NCBI RefSeq assembly: GCF_019024285.1
Contig: NZ_WMKZ01000008.1
Location: forward strand, 1-24,000
Direction: 5' to 3'
Origin: Alkalihalobacterium elongatum
GTDB lineage: Bacteria > Bacillota > Bacilli > Bacillales > Bacillaceae_F
Length of the DNA: 24,000 bases
In this document: piece after piece, positions 17,604 through 24,000 of the stretch
How the letters are laid out: each line of letters begins with the position of its first letter
How positions within the stretch are numbered: position 1 is the first letter of the stretch
Made by a program: the position numbers and the translations under genes
Notes under the pieces: generated by a model
The model's database searches: none
Told to the model about the DNA's origin: nothing
Seen by the model: the letters and a program-made list of their open reading frames with translations, nothing else

Positions 17604-19295
17604 ATGCTTGTAGAACTGTCCATTAAAAATTTTGCTATTATTGATGAACTAACAGTATCGTTAAATAAAGGATTGACTGTATTAACAGGAGAAACAGGTG
17701 CGGGGAAATCAATCATCATTGATGCAATTGGTTTATTAGTTGGAGGAAGGGGTTCAACCGAATTTATTCGCTTTGGAGCAAATCGAGCAGAGATTGAAGG
17801 CTTATTTTCTATTGATCACGACCATCCTGTTGTTGAGAAAGCAAAGTCACTTGGGATTGAAGTTGAAGAAGGCATGATCATTGTTCGTAGAGATTTAACT
17901 ACTAATGGGAAAAGTATATGTAGGTTGAACGGTAAATTAGTGACACTTGGAATTATTCGTGAAATTGGACAGACACTAGTAGATATACATGGTCAACATG
18001 AACATCAGGCATTGCTCCAACAAGAGCGCCATATTTCATATTTGGATAGTTTTGCAAAAAATGCATTAAAAATGACAAAAAACGAATATTTGTCTTTATA
18101 TAAAAAATTTACAAAGCTTAAGCAACAACTCGAACAAATGAACAAAAATGAGCAGGAGCTTGCCCATCGCTTTGATTTGATTCAATATCAATTAAACGAA
18201 ATTGAAAAAGCAAAGTTAAGCCCTAACGAAGATGAAGAACTATTAGCAGAAAAATTAAAATTAGCTAATAATGAAAAGCTTTATAAAGCTCTTCACGATG
18301 GTTACAATAGTCTTTATGGTGAAGGTAAGGGCCTCGATTGGGTACATAATGCTTTAACTCATGTAGAAGAAGCAGCTGCGATTGATCCAGATCTACAATC
18401 ACTTGTTGAGTCAGTTTCTAATTGTTACTACATACTCGAAGAAGCGTCATTTAAATTAAGTCATCATTTTGAGCATTTAGAATTTGATCCAAATCGTCTT
18501 GAGATGATTGAAACTCGTCTAAACGAAATCAGTTTTCTTAAAAAGAAATATGGGGTAACGGTAGATGAGATTTTAGTGTATGCTGCTAAAGTCGAAGATG
18601 AGCTAGATACTCTTGTTAATAAAGAAGATCGAATCCAAAGTTTACAGAAAGAGTTAGATGCAGTTATTTTAGATCTTGAAGTTGAAGCAAATGCTTTGTC
18701 TACGATACGAAAAGAAACAGCACAACAATTAAGTGATGCTGTCCATGACCAGTTACAAGCTCTCTATATGGAGAAAACGAAATTCGCAGTGGAAATAAAT
18801 CAGTTACCAAAGGGAAGATACACTGAAGATGGGATTGATACAGCAGAATTTTATCTATCTCCAAATCCAGGGGAACCACTAAAACCATTGTCAAAAGTTG
18901 CTTCTGGAGGAGAAATATCGAGAATAATGCTAGCTATGAAAACGATTTTTTCTTCTGGACAAGGTGTTACCTCGCTGATCTTTGATGAGGTAGATACAGG
19001 TGTAAGCGGAAGGGTGGCACAAGCAATTGCTGAAAAGATCCATCAAATTGCTACGCAATCACAAGTGTTGTGTATCACTCACCTCCCACAAGTAGCTGCT
19101 ATGGCAGATCAGCATTTATATATTTCTAAACAACAATTAGAGGAAAGAACGAAAACGAATGTAAGGCAACTTACCAATGATGAAAAAGTTACAGAAATTG
19201 CTAGGATGATTTCAGGCGTTGAAGTAACAGAACTAACTAGAGAGCATGCAAACGAGTTAATAACGCTAGCAGAACAAATAAAAACCAATACATGA
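17604..19295 (+). CDS. recN: DNA repair protein RecN (SMC-like ATPase)
   Basis: Walker A motif GETGAGKS, a long coiled-coil middle region, the signature motif ASGGE.SR..LA, and Walker B motif LIFDEVD.G.SG. Confidence 0.97.
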   Translation: MLVELSIKNFAIIDELTVSLNKGLTVLTGETGAGKSIIIDAIGLLVGGRGSTEFIRFGANRAEIEGLFSIDHDHPVVEKAKSLGIEVEEGMIIVRRDLTTNGKSICRLNGKLVTLGIIREIGQTLVDIHGQHEHQALLQQERHISYLDSFAKNALKMTKNEYLSLYKKFTKLKQQLEQMNKNEQELAHRFDLIQYQLNEIEKAKLSPNEDEELLAEKLKLANNEKLYKALHDGYNSLYGEGKGLDWVHNALTHVEEAAAIDPDLQSLVESVSNCYYILEEASFKLSHHFEHLEFDPNRLEMIETRLNEISFLKKKYGVTVDEILVYAAKVEDELDTLVNKEDRIQSLQKELDAVILDLEVEANALSTIRKETAQQLSDAVHDQLQALYMEKTKFAVEINQLPKGRYTEDGIDTAEFYLSPNPGEPLKPLSKVASGGEISRIMLAMKTIFSSGQGVTSLIFDEVDTGVSGRVAQAIAEKIHQIATQSQVLCITHLPQVAAMADQHLYISKQQLEERTKTNVRQLTNDEKVTEIARMISGVEVTELTREHANELITLAEQIKTNT

Positions 19296-19297
19296 AA

Positions 19298-19327
19298 AGT
19301 CGGCCAAATAAGGCTGGCTTTTTATTT
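19298..19327 (+). terminator. Rho-independent terminator after recN
   Basis: 8-bp stem AGTCGGCC (19298-19305) / GGCTGGCT (19312-19319) including two G-U pairs, with a 6-nt loop followed by TTTTTATTT. Confidence 0.65.
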
Positions 19328-19336
19328 CGAACACGG

Positions 19337-19366
19337 TTATAAATGATACGAAACAAGGCAACATTA
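19337..19366 (+). promoter_or_regulatory. Candidate forespore (sigma-F/sigma-G type) promoter for spoIVB
   Basis: TTATA (19337-19341), a 15-nt spacer, and GGCAACATTA (19357-19366). Compare the sigma-F consensus GYATA-N15-GGnnAnAnTw. spoIVB is expressed in the forespore in B. subtilis. Confidence 0.4.
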
Positions 19367-19417
19367 GTAATACAGCAAACATGGAGGTGTGTGTAAGGAG
19401 CGAGGAGAGTGAATTAA

Positions 19418-20737
19418 TTGTATTCAGAACAAATCAGAAAAATTATAGGAACAATTCTCCTTGTATTTGTCATCGGTATTGGCTTTTATAAGCCTGTACA
19501 CGAGTGGATAAACATTCCTTCACAAGTTGTAGTATTTGAAGGAGTGGAGCAGCAGCTAGTTAAGCAATCACCTGAATTAGAGCGCCTCACAGCTCACACT
19601 GGACAAGATCATCTCATGTTACAGACTAATGAACATGAAGAAGAACAGGCTATAACTGTTTTAGCCCAAGGGCAAGGGGATGGTGAGGTGACAATTCAGT
19701 CAGGATCACTGCCTGTTAAGAAAATGGACGTTAAAGTTTTGCCAGAAATTAAAGTAGTACCTGGCGGCCAATCAATAGGAGTTAAATTAAATACGGATGG
19801 AGTTCTAGTAGTTGGACATCATCTCATTCAAACAGATGATGGAGAGGAATCACCTGGAGAAATTGCAGGTATAGAAGTTGGAGATATGATCACAGCAATA
19901 AATGGTGAAAAAATTACGAGAATGAGTCAAGTAGCAGCGTTTGTACAAGAAGCTGGTAAAAATAATAAGGAATTAGATATTGAAGTCAAGCGAGAAAAGA
20001 AAACGTTGCAGAAGAGCTTATTACCTTTAAAAGCTAAGGGAGAAAGTTCGTATCGGCTAGGTCTATATATTCGAGACTCGGCTGCTGGAGTAGGAACATT
20101 AACTTTCTTTGATCCAAAATCAAAGAAATATGGGGCGTTAGGTCATGTCATTTCAGACGTAGACACTAAAAAGCCAATTGTTGTACACGATGGACAAATT
20201 ATTCGTTCCTCCGTTACGTCTATTGAAAAAGGAAGTAATGGTGACCCAGGAGAAAAGCTAGCCAGCTTTTCAGATCAAAGGCATGTTTTAGGAACTATTA
20301 CGAAGAATAGTTCATTTGGTATCTTTGGCGAACTGATTTCACCAGAGGAAGTCAAAAACGATTTGCTTGATAAAGCAATGCCAATTGCAGTATCCTCACA
20401 GGTTAAGGAAGGACCAGCCAAAATACTAACGGTTGTTGAAGGAGAAAAAGTACAAGAATATGAAATAGAAATTATTAGCTCAACTCCTCAAAAGTACCCT
20501 GCTACAAAGGGACTTGTTCTAAAGGTAACCGATAAAGAGTTACTCGAAGCCACAGGTGGTATAGTTCAGGGAATGAGTGGTAGCCCAATTATTCAAGATG
20601 GTAAAGTTGTAGGTGCTGTAACACATGTTTTTGTAAATGATCCAACATCAGGTTATGGATGCCATATCGAATGGATGCTACAAGAGGCTGGTATTGATAT
20701 TTATGGAAAAGAAGATAAAGGTGCGAAGGCGAGCTAA
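19418..20737 (+). CDS. spoIVB: SpoIVB signalling serine peptidase (S55 family, PDZ domain)
   Basis: N-terminal TM segment, PDZ segment ([19 protein letters not shown]), catalytic His context GALGHVI and catalytic Ser context GMSGSPI. TTG start with RBS GGAGAG upstream. Confidence 0.94.
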   Translation: MYSEQIRKIIGTILLVFVIGIGFYKPVHEWINIPSQVVVFEGVEQQLVKQSPELERLTAHTGQDHLMLQTNEHEEEQAITVLAQGQGDGEVTIQSGSLPVKKMDVKVLPEIKVVPGGQSIGVKLNTDGVLVVGHHLIQTDDGEESPGEIAGIEVGDMITAINGEKITRMSQVAAFVQEAGKNNKELDIEVKREKKTLQKSLLPLKAKGESSYRLGLYIRDSAAGVGTLTFFDPKSKKYGALGHVISDVDTKKPIVVHDGQIIRSSVTSIEKGSNGDPGEKLASFSDQRHVLGTITKNSSFGIFGELISPEEVKNDLLDKAMPIAVSSQVKEGPAKILTVVEGEKVQEYEIEIISSTPQKYPATKGLVLKVTDKELLEATGGIVQGMSGSPIIQDGKVVGAVTHVFVNDPTSGYGCHIEWMLQEAGIDIYGKEDKGAKAS

Positions 20738-20752
20738 GCTCGTCTTTTTTTA
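20726..20752 (+). terminator. Rho-independent terminator after spoIVB. The stop codon forms the hairpin loop.
   Basis: Stem AAGGCGAGC (20726-20734) / GCTCGTCTT (20738-20746) including one G-U pair. The loop is TAA, which is the stop codon, followed by a T-run. Confidence 0.75.
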
Positions 20753-20925
20753 TGTTTGTTTGTTAGAGGTCGATTATTTAGATAATGCGCTTTTGTTTAA
20801 TGTATGACTTTAACAAAACCACAAAAAACGTCTATATCTTACAATTTATTTATGATACGATTAATAATAAAAGTATTTAGACATATATTTGAATTGTATT
20901 GCAAAAAAACAACAAATAAAGATTA

Positions 20926-21064
20926 TTCGACAAAATGAGTAGTAATATAAAATGTGGTATCGAAATATATCGAATTTTATATTATAACGTATATGTTTAA
21001 TAAAAAACAATATTTTTTTAGAGAAATTTAGAAATTTTAAAGGAGTTTTAATAAAGGTGTCGAA
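20926..21064. promoter_or_regulatory. Cluster of Spo0A-binding 0A boxes upstream of spo0A (autoregulation)
   Basis: Exact 0A-box heptamers TTCGACA (20926-20932, reverse orientation) and TGTCGAA (21058-21064). There are also two one-mismatch copies, TATCGAA, at 20958-20964 and 20968-20974. Confidence 0.6.
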
Positions 21065-21067
21065 ATT
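21039..21067 (+). promoter_or_regulatory. Candidate sigma-H (Ps-like) promoter of spo0A
   Basis: AAAGGAGTT contains AGG at 21041-21043, and GAAAT begins at 21062. The 18-nt gap between AGG and GAA fits the sigma-H consensus RnAGGwWW-N11-12-RnnGAATww. The -10 overlaps the 0A box at 21058-21064. Confidence 0.5.
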
Positions 21068-21129
21068 GTTGTTTGGAATATAAACTTTAGACATTATTTT
21101 ATTACTATAGAAGTTGAGGAGGACGTCGC

Positions 21130-21924
21130 GTGCAAAAGGTGAAGGTATGTATAGCGGATGATAACCGAGAGTTGGTTGGTTTATTAAATGAGTATATTTC
21201 GGCGCAAGATGATATGGAGGTTGTCGGGTTTGCTTATAATGGGCAGGAGTGCTTGAAGATTGTTGAGGAAAAACAACCTGATGTACTTATTCTTGATATT
21301 ATAATGCCTCATTTAGATGGTTTAGCTGTATTAGAGAAGATGAACCAAATGGGCTTAAAGAAAAAAACAAATATCATCATGTTAACTGCGTTCGGTCAAG
21401 AAGATGTAACAAAAAAAGCGGTTGATTTAGGTGCATCGTATTACATTTTAAAACCGTTTGATATGGATACGCTTATTTCAAATATTCGTGAAATCAGTGG
21501 GCAAAAGCAAACGTTTATTCAAAAAACAATTTCTTATCAGCAGCCCCAAATTAAATCGACACCGAAAGAATTTAATTTAGATGCAAGTATCACAAATATT
21601 ATCCATGAAATTGGAGTGCCAGCTCATATTAAAGGATATATGTATTTAAGAGAAGCAATTACAATGGTTTACAATGACATTGAACTATTAGGTTCAATTA
21701 CTAAAGTATTATATCCAGATATTGCAAAGAAATTTAATACGACAGCTAGTCGTGTAGAACGTGCGATTCGTCATGCGATTGAAGTCGCTTGGAGTCGTGG
21801 GAACATCGATTCCATTTCTTCCTTATTTGGTTATACGGTAAGTCATTCTAAAGCAAAACCGACGAATAGTGAATTTATCGCAATGGTCGCTGATAAATTA
21901 AGAATTGAACATAAAGTAAGCTGA
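21130..21924 (+). CDS. spo0A: Sporulation master response regulator Spo0A
   Basis: Nearly identical in long stretches to B. subtilis Spo0A from memory ([16 protein letters not shown]; [14 protein letters not shown]; [27 protein letters not shown]; the full C-terminal 0A-box binding domain [65 protein letters not shown]). GTG start with RBS GAGGAGG. Confidence 0.98.
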   Translation: MQKVKVCIADDNRELVGLLNEYISAQDDMEVVGFAYNGQECLKIVEEKQPDVLILDIIMPHLDGLAVLEKMNQMGLKKKTNIIMLTAFGQEDVTKKAVDLGASYYILKPFDMDTLISNIREISGQKQTFIQKTISYQQPQIKSTPKEFNLDASITNIIHEIGVPAHIKGYMYLREAITMVYNDIELLGSITKVLYPDIAKKFNTTASRVERAIRHAIEVAWSRGNIDSISSLFGYTVSHSKAKPTNSEFIAMVADKLRIEHKVS

Positions 21925-21940
21925 AAGGATCGAGAATAGG

Positions 21941-21974
21941 AAGAGGCTGACTCTAGAGTTAGCCTCTTATTTTC
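21941..21974. terminator. Bidirectional terminator shared by spo0A (+) and the convergent small ORF (-)
   Basis: Stem AAGAGGCT (21941-21948) / AGCCTCTT (21961-21968) with a 12-nt loop, followed by ATTTTC. The right arm overlaps the stop codon of the minus-strand ORF. Confidence 0.7.
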
Positions 21975-22143
21975 GTTCGTGTATATAATTTTTAAATAAA
22001 TGAACAATCGCATCTGTCCCTAACATTGGGGTAATATGTTCAATTTCATCTGTTTCTGAATTGTAGGTAATTAAGAAACGTTCCTCACAATATTCTGCTT
22101 GATAAACTTTTCGATCATTATGCTCATGTAAAAACTCAAACAT
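21967..22143 (-). CDS. Untracked 58-aa hypothetical protein (MFEFLHEHNDRKVYQAEYCEERFLITYNSETDEIEHITPMLGTDAIVHLFKNYIHERK)
   Basis: I translated this by hand from the reverse complement. The ATG is at 22143-22141 and is preceded on that strand by GGAGGTGAGCAG, a strong RBS at about 6-nt spacing. The TAA stop is at 21969-21967. It falls below the 60-aa cutoff of the supplied ORF track. Confidence 0.55.
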   Translation of the reverse strand: MFEFLHEHNDRKVYQAEYCEERFLITYNSETDEIEHITPMLGTDAIVHLFKNYIHERK

Positions 22144-22213
22144 CTGCTCACCTCCATATGATCTATTCTATTTTCCCCGTGTAGTTTTTTCCTTATACAG
22201 ACCTAATAGATGG

Positions 22214-22242
22214 TTGAAATTTGCCTAATTGGAACATACTAT
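22214..22242 (+). promoter_or_regulatory. Candidate sigma-A promoter for the steA-like operon
   Basis: -35 TTGAAA (22214-22219), a 17-nt spacer, and -10 TACTAT (22237-22242). Confidence 0.5.
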
Positions 22243-22269
22243 CAAAAAAGACACGAGGGGTTATTTTTT

Positions 22270-23403
22270 ATGAAACGGTTCCTGCGTGGAGTATGTTATG
22301 AAGGACAAGTGACAAAAGATTTAGTAAAGACAATTCCGCAAAAAAGTATTGCTGTACTTCATCATGAAGATATAGATAGTACGGCTGCAGATGCATTGGT
22401 TGAAAAAAAAGTAAGGGCAGTCATTAATATCAAACGATCTATGACAGGTCAATATGATCATAATGGAGTTTTAGAATTACTTGAAGCACAAATACCTGTT
22501 TATGACATTGTACAACTAAGCTATTTCAGTTTTTCTTTGCATTTATCCAAAGTAAAAATAATAAATGACACTCTTTTTGTATTGGACGAAGATAAATGGA
22601 AAGCTGTAGCAAAATTATATCGATATACTATTAAGTGGGTTAATGAACTGAAGAAAATTGCCTATTTCCGTTCGACTGAAAAATTTGAAGGGTTCGTAAA
22701 TAATTCATTATCGTATGCGAAGAAAGAACTTGATGATTTTTTAACTGAACCCATTAAAGACCAACCTTTTGAAGGTTTTGATGGAAAAGAAGTTGTTATT
22801 GTAGTTAGAGGAGCAAAATATAAAAAAGATTTTATGATGCTGCTGCCGCAAATTAAGAAAAGGAATTTATTAATAGTCGCAGTAGATGGTGCTGCTGATG
22901 GATTGGCTGAATTTGGTGTAATCCCAAATTACATTATTGGTGATATGGATTCTGTAAGTGAAAAGTTACTAAGGTCAGGGGCAAAATTAATTGCCCATTG
23001 TTATCCAAATGGCAAATCACCTGGATATGAAAGAGTTTGTCACTTAGGATTAAACTGTAAAAGATTACCTTTTATCGGTACTAGTGAGGATGTCGCTGTT
23101 ATCTTTTCGTATTGGGCAAATGCAAAAGTCATTTATTTAATTGGAGGACATAATTCAATGAATGACTTTTTAGAAAAAGGAAGAAATGGAATGGGGGCAA
23201 CGCTCCTTACTAGGATGCAGGCAGGACATCGAATCGTTGATCTAAAGGGTATCCACCGATTGAAGTTAAATAAGCAACAAAAGGTGACACTACCATTGTA
23301 TCCACTAGCAGGGAGCATAATAGCACTATTTCTCGTTGGCTCAAGCACAAAAGTACAATTACTTTTTGGTATCCTATGGAATTGGATGAAGGTAGGAGGG
23401 TAA
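22270..23403 (+). CDS. steA: SteA-like protein (thiamine-pyrophosphokinase-like domain, C-terminal TM segment). The ATG at 22270 is preferred.
   Basis: The N-terminus resembles actinobacterial SteA/Rv1697-type proteins from memory (G...V.K.....K.....IAVL.H.DID..AADALVEKKV.AVIN...S..G.Y...G...L..A.IP..D). It has the TPK-like GDMDS motif (IIGDMDSV) and a hydrophobic C-terminal segment. RBS GAGGGG lies before the ATG at 22270. Confidence 0.7.
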   Translation: MKRFLRGVCYEGQVTKDLVKTIPQKSIAVLHHEDIDSTAADALVEKKVRAVINIKRSMTGQYDHNGVLELLEAQIPVYDIVQLSYFSFSLHLSKVKIINDTLFVLDEDKWKAVAKLYRYTIKWVNELKKIAYFRSTEKFEGFVNNSLSYAKKELDDFLTEPIKDQPFEGFDGKEVVIVVRGAKYKKDFMMLLPQIKKRNLLIVAVDGAADGLAEFGVIPNYIIGDMDSVSEKLLRSGAKLIAHCYPNGKSPGYERVCHLGLNCKRLPFIGTSEDVAVIFSYWANAKVIYLIGGHNSMNDFLEKGRNGMGATLLTRMQAGHRIVDLKGIHRLKLNKQQKVTLPLYPLAGSIIALFLVGSSTKVQLLFGILWNWMKVGG

Positions 23404-23406
23404 ATA

Positions 23407-23880
23407 TTGCGAATGAGTATGCGGACTAATCTTATTTTATTAATGACTTTTGTATTTGGTGTTGTTGTTGGAGTTGTGATGGATAAAGATTGGTTAAGTG
23501 AACAACAAGTCCTATATTTTAATCAACTTCAATCTGAGAATACTTTATTAAAATCAGAAAGAGAAGGTTGGCTATCGTTCGTTGCTGAAGAGATGGGATC
23601 TACACCATTCTATATTGCATCAGAGGATGAGACTTCTAACAGTCTTGCCTTTTTGCTTGAAGAGATTGGTGCTGAAGTAAAGATGATTGAAAAAGGTGTA
23701 GTACCCATTCTAGAAGCTGATGGTATCCTCATTTCTTTAGGAAGTGAAATTTATATGGATTATGAAGGGCCTCATATGGCATTAGAAGCTATTCCAAGCC
23801 ATGAAATTGACATACAGAATTTTTATTTGTCGTTATTACGACTCAAAGGAGAAAATTATACTCATGAACATTCAAGCTAG
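23407..23880 (+). CDS. Membrane-anchored SteB/MctB-like (copper-transporter family, DUF3186-like) protein, short form
   Basis: N-terminal TM segment (LILLMTFVFGVVVGVVM) followed by a coiled-coil-like stretch (QLQSENTLLKSERE). This matches the N-terminal architecture of Rv1698/SteB-type proteins encoded after steA. RBS GGAGGG lies 6 nt before the TTG at 23407. Confidence 0.45.
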   Translation: MRMSMRTNLILLMTFVFGVVVGVVMDKDWLSEQQVLYFNQLQSENTLLKSEREGWLSFVAEEMGSTPFYIASEDETSNSLAFLLEEIGAEVKMIEKGVVPILEADGILISLGSEIYMDYEGPHMALEAIPSHEIDIQNFYLSLLRLKGENYTHEHSS

Positions 23881-24000
23881 TGTTATCATTCCCGCTTTTA
23901 ACGAGCAAGAAAGGTTGGAAAAAACATTACTAACTTTAAAGGAACAGTCATGGGTAAAGGAGATTATTACTGTTAATGATGGAAGCAATGATGAAACAGG
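23864..24000 (+). CDS. Family 2 glycosyltransferase, N-terminal fragment running off the window
   Basis: I translated this by hand: MNIQASVIIPAFNEQERLEKTLLTLKEQSWVKEIITVNDGSNDET. This is the typical GT2 N-terminus (VIIPA.NE ... DGS.D.T). It overlaps the previous ORF by 17 nt. Confidence 0.7.
   Translation, partial: MNIQASVIIPAFNEQERLEKTLLTLKEQSWVKEIITVNDGSNDET

Noticed and set aside
20861-21094. 77-aa minus-strand ORF in the spo0A upstream region
   Set aside because: It lies in an extremely AT-rich regulatory region carrying 0A boxes and promoters. Its translation is low-complexity and rich in Ile, Phe, Lys and Tyr. It has no RBS.
1-24000. CRISPR arrays, IS or transposon ends, prophage or integrase genes, tRNA or rRNA genes
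   Set aside because: I saw no regularly spaced direct repeats, no terminal inverted repeats flanking a transposase-like ORF, and no tRNA-like or rRNA-like segments. Apart from the OLE locus and the small orphan ORFs, the window is conserved core synteny.

Overview
Core chromosomal segment of an endospore-forming Bacillaceae-type Firmicute. It is AT-rich by eye, and almost every gene is on the + strand. Gene order: yqhV-like, spoIIIAA-AH, an orphan small ORF, accB-accC, an Asp23-family gene, nusB-folD-xseA-xseB-ispA, a ~770-nt ORF-free gap, a 4-TM membrane protein, dxs, tlyA/yqxC-like methyltransferase, argR/ahrC, recN, spoIVB, spo0A, an untracked 58-aa minus-strand ORF, a SteA-like protein, a SteB/MctB-like protein, and the start of a GT2 glycosyltransferase. 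The standout is the gap between ispA and the membrane protein (about 12737-13505). It is visibly more GC-rich than its surroundings, has no credible ORF, is dense in hairpins and has its own near-consensus promoter. It sits in the ispA - RNA - oapA - dxs context that defines OLE (ornate, large, extremophilic) RNA, a ~600-nt structured ncRNA whose biochemical function is still unknown. The downstream 201-aa protein fits its partner OapA. I saw no CRISPR arrays, tRNA or rRNA genes, or mobile elements. All promoter, operator and terminator calls come from reading motifs by eye and are not computed.
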